Shown piece after piece: positions 34,096-44,898 of a stretch of DNA of 64,000 bases. How positions within the stretch are numbered: position 1 is the first letter of the stretch; each line of letters begins with the position of its first letter. The notes under the pieces are model-generated. The model was given only the letters and a program-made list of their open reading frames with translations, was not told the origin of the DNA and ran no database searches. A program made the position numbers and the translations under genes. Source of the stretch: Chrysemys picta bellii (lineage: Eukaryota); contig NC_088802.1 of NCBI RefSeq assembly GCF_011386835.1, positions 3,658,001 to 3,722,000 of the forward strand, in the 5' to 3' direction.

Positions 34096-36117
34096 TGAGG
34101 GGCACTGGAAGGTTAGTGGGATCAGGTAGAGAATTGAGGGTGAACGCTCAGGGATTCAGGGGGAATTTGGGGTCCCATGTCTCGGGGGGCAGGTCTAGCT
34201 GGGGGGTATTTATAGCATTCAAAGAGAATTTGGGGAGCAAGTGCTTGATATTTGGGGGTGATTCTTCGGGGGCACTGGGTCGGGGGAAGGGTTCACTGAA
34301 GCGTCTGGGGGCCCAGTTGGATTGAGGGGGGCTGGTGAGTCTCGGGGGGTCCTGTCTAGCAAGGGAGCCCTGCTGGGATTCAGGGTGGTGGATATTCTGG
34401 GGGGAAGTTGATAGATGGGATGCTGAAGAGACTTTGGTGGTTGTGGGGGCCTCTGTTGAAGGATGTGGGGGGTTCCCCAAATCTCAGGATCACATGACCA
34501 GCCAAGGGGGGGTGGAGGGTTATGGGGCGTAGGCTGCGCATCTCCAGCAACCCCATGGCCCGGTCCTTTATCCTGCAGCCCAGGAGATGGGACCACAGTC
34601 CACTGGCAGCCCCATGGCTGTGTCCCCCCAGAGCAGGGACAGCACCCCATCCCCGTCACAGTCCCCCCCTATGCAGCCTGCCCCCCCGATCAGAGCCAGT
34701 GCCCCCTAGAAGGGCCAGGCCCCATATCCTGGACTCGCAGACGCCTTTGTCTCTTTTGCTGTTCTCTTTTATTCCAAGTTGGAGCGTTGAGTAAACAGGA
34801 CTTAGGGTGGGAAACTGGGGGGGGGGGGGAGCAGTATGGGGGGGCAGCTGGGCAGGGGGGGGAGCAGGGAGCATCTCCCTCCGATCTCCCACGGGAGCCT
34901 GGTAAAGCCGCTGTATGGACCAGAGCGGGTTTGTGTCAGCTGGGGGGCTCAGACCTGCTGGGGGGCTCAGACCTGCCCCATGTTTCCGACAGGCCGGGGC
35001 GTGGGGGCTGCCCAGACAACCGGAGCCCTGCCGGATGAGCCGGCAGCCACGTGACTGAGCACGGCTGTGACACGCGTGTGAGCCGACGCCCAGGGGCGAC
35101 ACGGATGAGGGAACCCGGCCGCCAGCACACGGATGACGCCGCGGGGCCGTTGTGCACACGGCCAGGAGCTCCCAAATCTCTGCTCGCTTGGCCTTAGGGG
35201 GAAGGAGAGTGTATGGGGGAGGGGCGGTTCCTGGTCCATATCCCCCATATCGGCCCCCTCATCAACTACTGTTGGGTGGGTGGGGGGAGTTGGTGTCGCC
35301 TCAAAATGGGTCCCCCTAAGTCCCTGTCCCCTCTGAGTCTATGACTCCTCCCATGATTCCCCTCCAGTCACTAGCCACCTCTATCAGCCTCCTGGTGAAT
35401 ATCGCCCTGGGGTGTCACTTCAATACATGTCCCCTCCCCCCCCCCCCCCCCCGCCACCCTCATCCCAGCACGACACCACCCCTGGTTCCTACCCTATTTA
35501 GGTTCCCCCGGTCAATATACCCCTTATATAGGGGCTGGCTGTCTCCTGGTGTCACCTCAATAGAGCCCTGATCTCATGGTACCCACCCGCCCCCTCTTTG
35601 GCCTGCTGGGAGTGGGCTGTTGGGGGGGGGGTCCCATGGTGCATGGTGTCTGCCCCACAGAGCTTTCCCTCCACACACACACTGTTTAGTCTCAGTCAGT
35701 ATCCTTCTATATGGGCCCCCTGGTCAATTTTCTCTTGGTGTCACCCCAAATCCAATCCCCCCAACTCCTGAACCCACTAAGAGCCTCCTATGGTTCCTAC
35801 CTTGTGTAGTTCTCCCCAGTCAATATCCCCCCCATATGCACCAGCCCCATGGCACAGCCCCTGCCCCCTGAAAGGAACCATGCTCTGGACAGATGGGACT
35901 GCAGGGAGGGTAGAGAGCAGAGGAGCGAGGGAGTCCCTGGGGGGTCTCCGCATCAGAGTGATGACCCTTCACCTTTAACCTCCCCCGCCCCGAGTTGCTC
36001 GGGGGGGGCGGGGGGGGCGGGTTCTTGGGGAAGATGCTGCCAAAATCGGAGCAGATTTTCTCCACCAGGGGCGCCGTGCTGCTCCGGGGGACGGGGGCTG
36101 AATAATGGGGGGGCAGG

Positions 36118-39100
36118 TTAGGGGGGGCAGCGCTGCCGGGCGGTCACCGTGTTGAAGAGCGGGTTGTGGATTTCCATCTCCCCACTCTGGGAAGGGGGGG
36201 AAGAAAGAGAGAAAGGGAGACATTAGTGAGGGCACCGTGCGAGGGGAAGAGCGCAGCGACCCAGACCCGTCCCCACAGCCCAGCGCCCCCTGCTTCCCCC
36301 GCCCCCTGTCCTCACAGCCCAGCGCCCCCTGCTGCCCCCACACTGCTCCCCACAACCCAACGCACCCTGCTGCCCCCGCCCCCATCCCCACAGCCCAGCG
36401 CCCCCTGCTTCCCCCGCCCTGCTCCCCACAGCCCAGCGCCCCCTGCTGCCCCCGCCCCCGTCCCCACAGCCCAGCGCCCCCTGCTGCTCCCACCCCGCTC
36501 CCCACAGCCCAGCGCCCCCTGCTGCCCCTGTCCCGATCCCCACAGCCCAGCGCCCCCTGCTGCCCCCGCCCCGCTCCCCACAGCCCAGCGCCCCCTGCTG
36601 CCCCCGTCCCGATCCCCACAACCCAGCGCCCCCTGCTGCCCCCGTCCTGATCCCCACAGCCCAGCGCCCCCTGCTGCCCCCGTCCTGTTCCCCACAGCCC
36701 AGCGCCCCCTGCTGACCCCGCCCCCATCCCCACAGCCCAGCGCCCCCTGCTGCCCCTGTCCCGATCCCCACAACCCAGCGCCCCCTGCTGCCCCTGCCCC
36801 TGTCCCCACAGTCCGGCGCCCCTGCTCAGCCCCCGCCCTGCACCCCCACAGCCCAGCGCCCCCTGCTGCCCCTGCCCCTGTCCCCACAGTCCGGCGCCCC
36901 TGCTCAGCCCCCGCCCTGCACCCCCACAGCCCAGCGCCCCCTACCGGTGCCAGTCCGGGACATTCGTACACAGTAAAGTCGCCGTTCTCAGTCTCTGACT
37001 CCGTCGACAGCTGCTGGACGGGCTTTGGGGGGCTCCTGGGGGAGACGGACCCAGACACGGGGTGAGGAACCGCATGAACCAGGCCGGGGGCCGCGGCCGG
37101 GGTCTAGGCCAGGGGATCCGGGGGCTGAGGCGGCTCCGCAGCTAGGGGTGGAGATCCAAGGGACCCAGGTATCCGGGTGGGAAACGGGTTGGGGGGGGCA
37201 CCTAGACCCGAGCGCCCATGTCCCATGGGCCCGGCTAGACGACGGGCGATCTCCAGTCCTCCCAGGGAGGTGTGGAAAACCGGGGGTAGGGGGAAGGGAG
37301 TAACTGTCCCCAAGACACCCCCAAAGTGGGAGGAGGGTAGAGGGGGCAGCTCATGGGGCCAGGGGCTGAAGGACGGGGGGGGGGGATTTTGGGATGCAAA
37401 ATTTCCGGGTTGGATTGTGGGGGGAAGGTCAGAGGGGGCAGGGGGCAGGGGTGACTTGGGTAGGTTTGGGTTTCAGGAAGGGGTGGATTGGGGGGAAGTG
37501 GGGGATGGGAAGGGGAAGATTCAAGGGTGAGTCTGGAGTTTGCGGGGGTCGGTTTGAGGTCATGATTTGGGGGGTGCTTTTGGGGTGGGGCAGATTTGGG
37601 GGGAGAGGAGGCTTGGGGGTGGGGTGAGGGGGCATAGGGTGGGGGAAAGGAAGGAGTGGATTCTGGGGGGCAGATTCGAGGGTCCCTTCCCTAAGCCCCT
37701 CCCCCTCCCCACCCATAACCAATGGGGTGAACGGGGGGTGGGGAGGAATGGAGGGGAACTCACTCCTCATTGGTCAGGATCTTTTTCTGGCGCTGGTACT
37801 GGTGCACCTGGCAGGACTGGGCCAGCCGGGCGTCCATGTACTGGGGGGACAGACAGACAGACGGGGAGATGGTCATTGGTCAGGTGAAACTGCCGTCCCG
37901 GATGCCTGGGTCCCATTCCCCGTCCTGGTCTCCAGCCCCCTAGGGGTGAGCACCTGCACTGCTGTCCCGGACGCCTGGGTCCCATTCCCCATCCTGGTCT
38001 CCATCCCCCTAGGGGTGAGCACCCTGCACTGCCGTCCCGGATGCCTGGGTCCCATTCCCTGTCCTGATCTCCGACCCCCTAAGGGTGAGCATGGGGGTGG
38101 GGGTCTCACCATTCCGGGCTGGTGGTATCGATAATGATTCCCCCGATACGCCGTATATGCCAACTTCTGGGCCAGACGCACCTCCCGCTGCAACCTGGGG
38201 GCACGGAGTGGGGGGGGGTCAGAGCAGCGGGTGGGGCAGTCCAGAGCTGGGCTGGCAGGTGCTGCGGGTCGGGAGTGAGGGGCACCAGCAGAGCTGGGGG
38301 GGCAGGGCTGGGCTGGCAGGGGGCTGCGGGTCGGGAGTGAGGGGCACCGGCAGAGCTGGGGGGCAGGGCTGGGCTGGCAGGGGCTGCGGGTCGGGAGTGA
38401 GGGGCACCGGCAGAGCTGGGGGGGGCAGGGCTGGGCTGGCAGGGGCTGTGAGTTGGGAGTGAGGGGCACCAGCAGAGCTGGGGGGGGCAGGGCTGGGCTA
38501 GCAGGGGCTGCGAGTTGGGAGTGAGGGGCATCGGCAGAGTTGGGGGGGCAGGGCTGGGCTAGCAGGGGGCTGCGGGTCGGGAGTGAGGGGCACCGGCAGA
38601 GCTGGGGGGGGGCAGGGCTGGGCTGGCAGGGGCTGCGGGTCGGGAGTGAGGGGCACCGGCAGAGCTGGGGGGGGGCAGGGCTGGGCTGGCAGGGGCTGCG
38701 GGTCGGTAGTGAGGGGCACCGGCAGAGCTGGGGGGGGCAGGGCTGGGCTGGCAGGGGCTGCGGGTCAGGAGTGAGGGGCACCGGCAGAGCTGGGGGGGGG
38801 CAGGGCTGGGCTGGCAGGGGCTGCGGGTCGGGAGTGAGGGGCACCGGCAGAGCTGGGGGGGGGGGGGGCAGGGCTGGGCTGGCAGGGGCTGCGAGTTGGG
38901 AGTGAGGGGCACCGGCAGAGCTGGGGGTGGGCAGGTCTGGCCTGGCAGGGGCTGCGGGTCGGGAGTGAGGGGCACCGGCAGAGTGGGGTGGGGGGCAGAG
39001 CTGGGGGGGGCAGGGGGCTGCTGTGGGGAGGTGCAGTTCCTACCTGTACCAGCAGAGGGCAGCCACCAGCAGCCCTGAGACCCCGGTCACGGAGCACATC

Positions 39101-41417
39101 AACACCAGCACTGCGGGGCGGGGGGAGGGGAGAGAAACATTAACCCCTTGAGCACTGCCCCCCCCAGCCCCTCAATGCCTCCCTGGCCCCCAGGCGCTCT
39201 GTCCCCCCTGCCCCCATTCCCGGCCCCTCCCGTTACTCACGCAGAGACACGGCCTCATTGAGCCGGGAAGCCGGGGGACGTGACTTCAGATCTTCCTCCG
39301 GCCGGGCGGGGCTGGAGCCAGGCGTCAGGGCGGAGGGGGGAGCGGTGGGGGGAGGGGGAGACGTAGGGGGGGTCTCGGTGACCGAAGGAACCTGGGGGTC
39401 AATCCCCATGGAGCCAGCTGCAAAGATAGAGAGGTTAGAGCGCCCCCTGCTGCCCCCGTCCTGCCCCCCACAGCCCAGTGCTCCCTGCTGCCCCCCGTCC
39501 TGCCCCCCACAGCCCAGCGCCACCTGCTGCCCCGTCCTGCCCCCCACAGCCCAGCGCCCCCTGCTGCCCCCCCGTCCTGCCCCCCACAGCCCAGCGCCCC
39601 CTGCTGCCCCCTGTCCTGCCCCCCACAGCCCAGCGCCCTCTGCTGCCCCCTGTCCTGCCCCCCACAGCCCAGTATCCCCTGCTGACCTCTGCCCCGCCTC
39701 CCACAGCCCAGCGACCCCTGCTGCCCCCCGTCCTGCCCCCCCACAGCCCAGCGCATCCTGCTGCCCCCCCGTCCTGCCCCCCCACAGCCCAGCGCATCCT
39801 GCTGCCCCCTATCCTCCCCCCACAGCCCAGCGCCCCCTGCTGCCCCCTGTTCTGCCCCCCACAGCCCAGCGCCCCCTGCTGCCCCCTGTTCTGCCCCCCC
39901 ACAGCCCAGCGCCCCCTGCTGCCCCCCGTCCTGCCCCCCACAGCCCAGCGACCCCTGCCCCACCCCCCACAGCCCAGTATCCCCTGCTGACCTCTGCCCC
40001 GCCCCCCACAGCCCAGCACCCCCTGCTGCCCCCTGCCCGCTCCCTACAGCCCAGCGCCCCCTGCTGAGTCCCCTGTTCCCTTCAGTCTCGACCGTGCTGG
40101 GGGGTCTCGGTCCCAGGGGTCCTGGATCCCTTCTGTTTTTTGGCCACCATGGAGCGGATGAGGGTGGCCAGGTCGCTGGGTCTAGCATCCGACTTGGCTC
40201 CATCGCCTGAGGGAGAAACACAGGGAGATGGGCAGGTGCCCCTCACTCCCGACCCGCAGCCCCTGCCAGCCCAGCCCTGCCCCCCCCAGCTCTGCCGATG
40301 CCCCTCACTCCCGACCCGCAGCCCCCTGCCAGCCCAGCCCTGCCCCCCCCCAGCTCTGCCGATGCCCCTCACTCCCGACCCGCAGCCCCCTGCCAGCCCA
40401 GCCCTGCCCCCCCCCAGCTCTGCCGGTGCCCCTCACTCCCGACCCGCAGCCCCTGCCAGCCCAGCCCTGCCCCCCCCCAGCTCTGCCGGTGCCCCTCACT
40501 CCCAACCCGCAGCCCCTGCCAGCCCAGCCCTGCCCCCCCCAGCTCTGCTGGTGCCCCTCACTCCTGACCCGCAGCCCCTGCCAGCCCAGCCCTGGGCTCC
40601 CCCCAGCCTCTGCCGGTGCCCCTCACCGTTCCTGTGCGGTGTCTCGAGGACACAGTCCCCACCCGGGTCCTCATGGTAGGGGCGGATGCAGGGGCCACAG
40701 CTCCGGATCCCCCCGGGGCCGCAGCCCTTACGCCGCTGTAGGAGACAGTTCAGCCGGATCCGCGGTGGGCAAATCGCAGCCGGGCCTACAGGGAGAGAAC
40801 CGGAGCAGCCCCCGCTTTAACCACCAGCCCCCCCCCCCCCTCCCCAGAGCCAGGAGAGAACCCAGGAGTCCTGGCTCCCAGTCCCCCCTGCTCTAACCCA
40901 CCAGCCCCACTCCCCTCCCAGAGCCAGGAGAGAGAACCCAGGAGTCCTGGCTCCCACCCACCCCCGCTCTAACCACTAGTCCCTGCTCCCCTCCCAGATG
41001 TTTCAACATCTGTCCCTGCTTCTTAAAATCATAATCTCCTGACAGCCAGAGCAAAAAAAATCAGAGGAGAAAATCTTTGGTTAAATAGTAAGAGAGATGG
41101 AAATTTGCTCCTGTTCTCCCCATGGGCAGCCCCCCCCCAGCACTGCCCCCCCCCAGCTCTGCCGGTGCCCCTCACTCCCGACCTGCAGCCCCTGCCAGCC
41201 CAGCCCTGCCGGTGCCTCTCACACCCGACCTGCAGCCTCGGGAAACTGGCAGTAGAACCCAGGAGTCCTGGCCCCCAGCCCCTCCTACTCTCCTTCACAC
41301 ACCTCCGATGCCCCTCCCCCGCCCTGTACCCCCCTTACCTGCCTCCCCCCCGGCCCCCGGGGCCAGCCCCAGCCCCAGTAGAGCAGACAGGGCCGCCAGC
41401 CAGCGCAGGGTCCGCAT
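36118..41417 (-). CDS. NPDC1-like type I membrane protein (NPDC1L), 305 aa
   Basis: Exons 41417-41339 (signal peptide MRTLRWLAALSALLGLGLAPG), 40785-40627 (CPPRIRLNCLLQRRKGCGPGGIRSCGPCIRPYHEDPGGDCV), 40206-40093, 39417-39241, 39110-39044 (TM LVLMCSVTGVSGLLVAALCWYR), 38194-38110 (LQREVRLAQK), 37840-37764, 37035-36945 (NGDFTVYECPGLAP) and 36186-36118 (SGEMEIHNPLF). 918 nt, phases consistent, NPDC1 family motifs present. Confidence 0.9.
36250..36945. repeat. CTCF-core minisatellite in the last NPDC1L intron
   Basis: ~40-bp units cccacagcccagcgccccctgctgccccc. Confidence 0.9.
38240..38995. repeat. ~61-bp minisatellite (copy 2, same orientation as 33150-34095)
   Basis: gggctgcgggtcgggagtgaggggcaccggcagagctggggg units. 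Confidence 0.92.
39430..40070. repeat. CTCF-core minisatellite in NPDC1L intron 3
   Basis: cccacagcccagcgccccctgctgccccc units. Confidence 0.9.
40230..40625. repeat. ~61-bp minisatellite (copy 3, inverted)
   Basis: gcccctcactcccgacccgcagcccctgccagcccagccctgcccccccagctctgcc is the reverse complement of the copy 1/2 unit. Confidence 0.92.
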
Positions 41418-43369
41418 CGCTCCGAGCTGCGGGGGGGGGGGGGGGGGGTTCCCCGCCTCTGGATCCGCCCTCCCGACTGGGGGGGGGCGGGCGGAGCGCG
41501 GGGGGAGGGGCTGGCTGTATTTATGAATGAACCAGGGATGGAGACAGACGCTGTGGGCGGGGGGGGGGGGAGAGACCGACCCACAAGTCGCCTTCACTTC
41601 CTGTCCCAATCCCAACCCCCGTAGCGGGGTGTTCTGTGCGGCTGGTACGCGCTTGCCCCGCCCCAGAGGTGGCTGCATTTCAGCCCCATTTGAAGCTGTT
41701 CTATGCCGCAGTTACTCGGCTGCCCCTCCCCAGAGTCAGCTGCATCTCGGTGCCAGGCGAGGGCTTCTGGGTCTCTGCTCTGGCTCCGGCTCTAGGACCC
41801 CCTGAGACTCCCAGCGGGGAGATCAGTGACCCCCCTTCCCCAGCTGGTATCCATGGTGCCTGTCTCCAAGGAGACGCACCTGCCTGCAGTGGTAGATGCA
41901 GCAAACAGCTTCCCATACCCCCCCCCCCGGAGATGGAACCCAGGCGTCCTGGCTCCCAGCCCCCTCTCACATCCACCAGCTGTCACCATGGCAACCAGCT
42001 CCCTGCACTGATGGACCTGGGATGAGGTTGATGCAGCAGTGGGTTGTCATGGTGACAGGATGGAGCTGGGGGGGATCCCCAGCCCCCCCTTAGTTATGGG
42101 GGAAGGGGAAAGGGCTTCATCGTCTCCTCCCCAGGAAGCTGAGACACCCCCCCCCCAAGCTCCCTGCGCAGGATGGGGGGACCCCAGCCCTGTTGACTGA
42201 CCGGACCCTGGGTGTGTGAGGGAGCCCCCCACCCCCACCCCCAGCCCCTCTCTGCTCCATGGGCAGCCCAGGGGAGGCACACAGGGGGCCTGGCCTGCCC
42301 TCCATGGGGCACCCTTTGCAATATGAGCTGGCCGGAGGCGATAGCGGGGGGCCAGAGTGGCAGGTGCCCCACCAAGGAGGCACAGTGCTGGCATCTCCTG
42401 GGCCTGTTGGCTACTGGCGGCTGGCACAGCCCTCAGGCCGACAACAGAGGCCTGTTTTCACCAAGACAGAGCCCCATAGGGAGAGCTCGGCTGGAGAAAG
42501 ATTCCCCTGGAGCCGTGCACTGGAGGGGAGTGGGGACTAGTGGTTAGAGCAGGTGGCTGGGAGCCAGGACACCTGGGTTCTCTCCCCACCTCTAGGGGGA
42601 GAGTGGGGGCTAGTGGTTCGGACAGGAGGGCTGGGAGCCAGGACTCCTGGGTTCTAGCCATAGCTTGGGGAGGGGTGTGGGGGCTAGTGGTTAGAGCTGG
42701 GAGCCAGGACTCCTGGGTTTTCTCCCCAGTGCAGATACAAACACAGACCCAGGAACTCTGTTAGCTCAAGACATGATTTATTTATACACCGGTCCGCCTT
42801 GGCTTGCCAGGCGAAGGAATCCAGCAACATCTGCCTCCCCCTGGCACGCAGCCCCTGCCGGCCCCACAGTCCACTCCGCTGAGAGGTAGAAACTCAGCCG
42901 ACAATGTACTGGGGCCGGGAATCCCCCCATCTGCACAGCGCACGCTGGGCCTGGGTGGTGCCCGTGGGGGCTGTAGGGGCACAGAGACGGCTGGGCTTAG
43001 GGCAGCATTGTTTTCTTCTTTACTTTCCTTTGGCTGGGCGAAGCTCTGGGCAAGGAATCTGCACCGTTTTCCTCGGTCCGTTCTAACCTTAGAAGCAGCA
43101 GCAACGTCGCACGAGCTGCCCTGACAGAAGACCCAGCATTGGGGTTTTAACCGAGACTGTTTCCTCCTCAGTGCTAGACACGCGCGGGAGTTGAACAGCG
43201 ATTAACTTTTGAACACTATTAGCTAGAACTAACCGCAACGTTCCCATCATGTCTCTGGAAGGACGGGTGGCTTCGGGCTTTCAACTCAGAGCAGTTTTCT
43301 CCAAACTGGTATCCAGGCATTGGAGTAGAATAGCGATCTTTTTTTTTAATATTGACTTATTATGGGGTT

Positions 43370-43795
43370 GCACAGAATATCAGGGTTGGAAGGGACCTCA
43401 GGAGGCATCTAGTCCAACCCCCTGCTCAAAGCAGGACCAATTCCCAACTAAATCATCCCAGCCAGGGCTTTGTCAAGCCGGGCCTTAAAAACCACTAAGG
43501 AAGGAGACTCCACCACCTCCCTAAGTAACTCATTCCAGTGCTTCACCACCCTCCTAGTGAAAAAGTGTTTCCTAATATCCAACCTAAACCTCCCCAACTG
43601 CAACTTGAGACCATTACTCCTTGTTCTGTCATCTGCCACCACTGAGAACAGCCGAGCTCCATCCTCTTTGGAACCCCCCTTTCAGGTAGTTGAAAGCAGC
43701 TGTCAAATCCCCCCTCATTCTTCTCTTCTGCAGACTAAACAATCCCAGTTCCCTCAGCCTCTCCTCATAAATCATGTGCTCCAGCCCCCTAATCT
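43370..43795 (-). mobile_element. CR1 LINE 3' fragment
   Basis: Minus-strand [42 protein letters not shown] (CR1 ORF2 C-terminus) followed by a CR1 3' UTR. Confidence 0.93.
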
Positions 43796-43865
43796 ACAGT
43801 TTGTGCCGAACTGTAGAACTAGTTGCAAAGTTAACACCATCTTTGGTGGAAGACACAGTGAGTTT

Positions 43866-43950
43866 GAACAACGAGGAGTCTTGTGGCACCTTAGAGACTA
43901 ACACATTTATTTGGGCATAAGCTTTCGTGGGCTGAAACCCACTTCATCGG
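43866..43950 (-). mobile_element. Penelope-like element terminal fragment with a hammerhead-ribozyme-like core
   Basis: Minus strand ccgatga-a-gtggg-tttcag-cccac-gaaagcttatgc...ttagtctctaaggtgccacaag. This resembles, from memory, an abundant turtle Penelope-like repeat. Confidence 0.6.
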
Positions 43951-44898
43951 CTTGGGGATTTTTAACGCCATGTGTTTTCTGTAACTGTTACTTGAGCATT
44001 TGAGTATAAGAAGTATGATTGTTTTTTTACAACTTTTCTTATTATTGGGTTTTTATTGAACCCCCAAAATAGCGGCACTATTCTTTCACCCCGTTATTTT
44101 TCCTGGAAGGAGACAGAAAATTTGGCAAGGGGCATGTTTCTCCTAACAGTTAGCTGAAGATTTGGGTAGAATAGGGAGGATTCGATGCTAATGGTCTTTT
44201 TACCTTTAAAAAGGGAACAACGTCATGGCATAATATCTCACCCTCCCAGCCGAAACTGGGACCGTTTCACGTCTCACCCTGAGCGTCTGCCTCCACAATC
44301 GTCTCCGAGTGGCTGAGTATGATGAACGATTTGATTGTTTTCAATGTACGTATTATCGAGCATCTGAACTAAGTTGTTCTTTTTGGTCTCCTCTTCCTTT
44401 TCGTGATAATCAGCCCCGAGCTCCTGTACGCCACTTTTCATTGGCAGAAAACGATCGGGAACGTGCTGGGAGGTGTCAGAGGCTTTTGAGTTTTAACCCA
44501 GACTGGATTTCTCCCAACTGGTATCCAAACATTTGAGTTGAAATGCCAGTAATGAATAAACTAACGCCTCTGGTTCCTTGGCAGGCTGGGGTGGTCTCTT
44601 CGTCCGTGAGCCCCCACTGTCCAGAGGGCCAGCCAGCCAGACCTGATTTCTAGCCTAAAACTACCACCCAGCCCCCTACGATTTGTTAATAATTAAAAGC
44701 AAGAGAAAAACGCATTTGGGTAGCAAAGAAGGGGGTCACAAGAGGGCACGGCCCCCACAGGCTCATTCTTTCCTTCCACAGGCGGGTCTGACCATGAATC
44801 CGAGCCCGCCCTCAAGCGGGCGCGGCCAGGCCAAAGCCGGCTTCGCGGGAGGGGACGGGGGGCTCCGGCAGACGGCAGAGCTCCGGGACGGGCTCCCC

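Noticed and set aside
33066-34105. Pro/Ala-rich ORFs ([10 protein letters not shown]...) here and at 37873-38975 and 40140-40896
   Set aside because: They are open frames through the 61-bp minisatellite, inside introns or intergenic DNA.
36166-37065. Collagen/keratin-like Gly- or Pro-rich ORFs here and at 39258-40221
   Set aside because: They derive from the CTCF-core minisatellites in NPDC1L introns.
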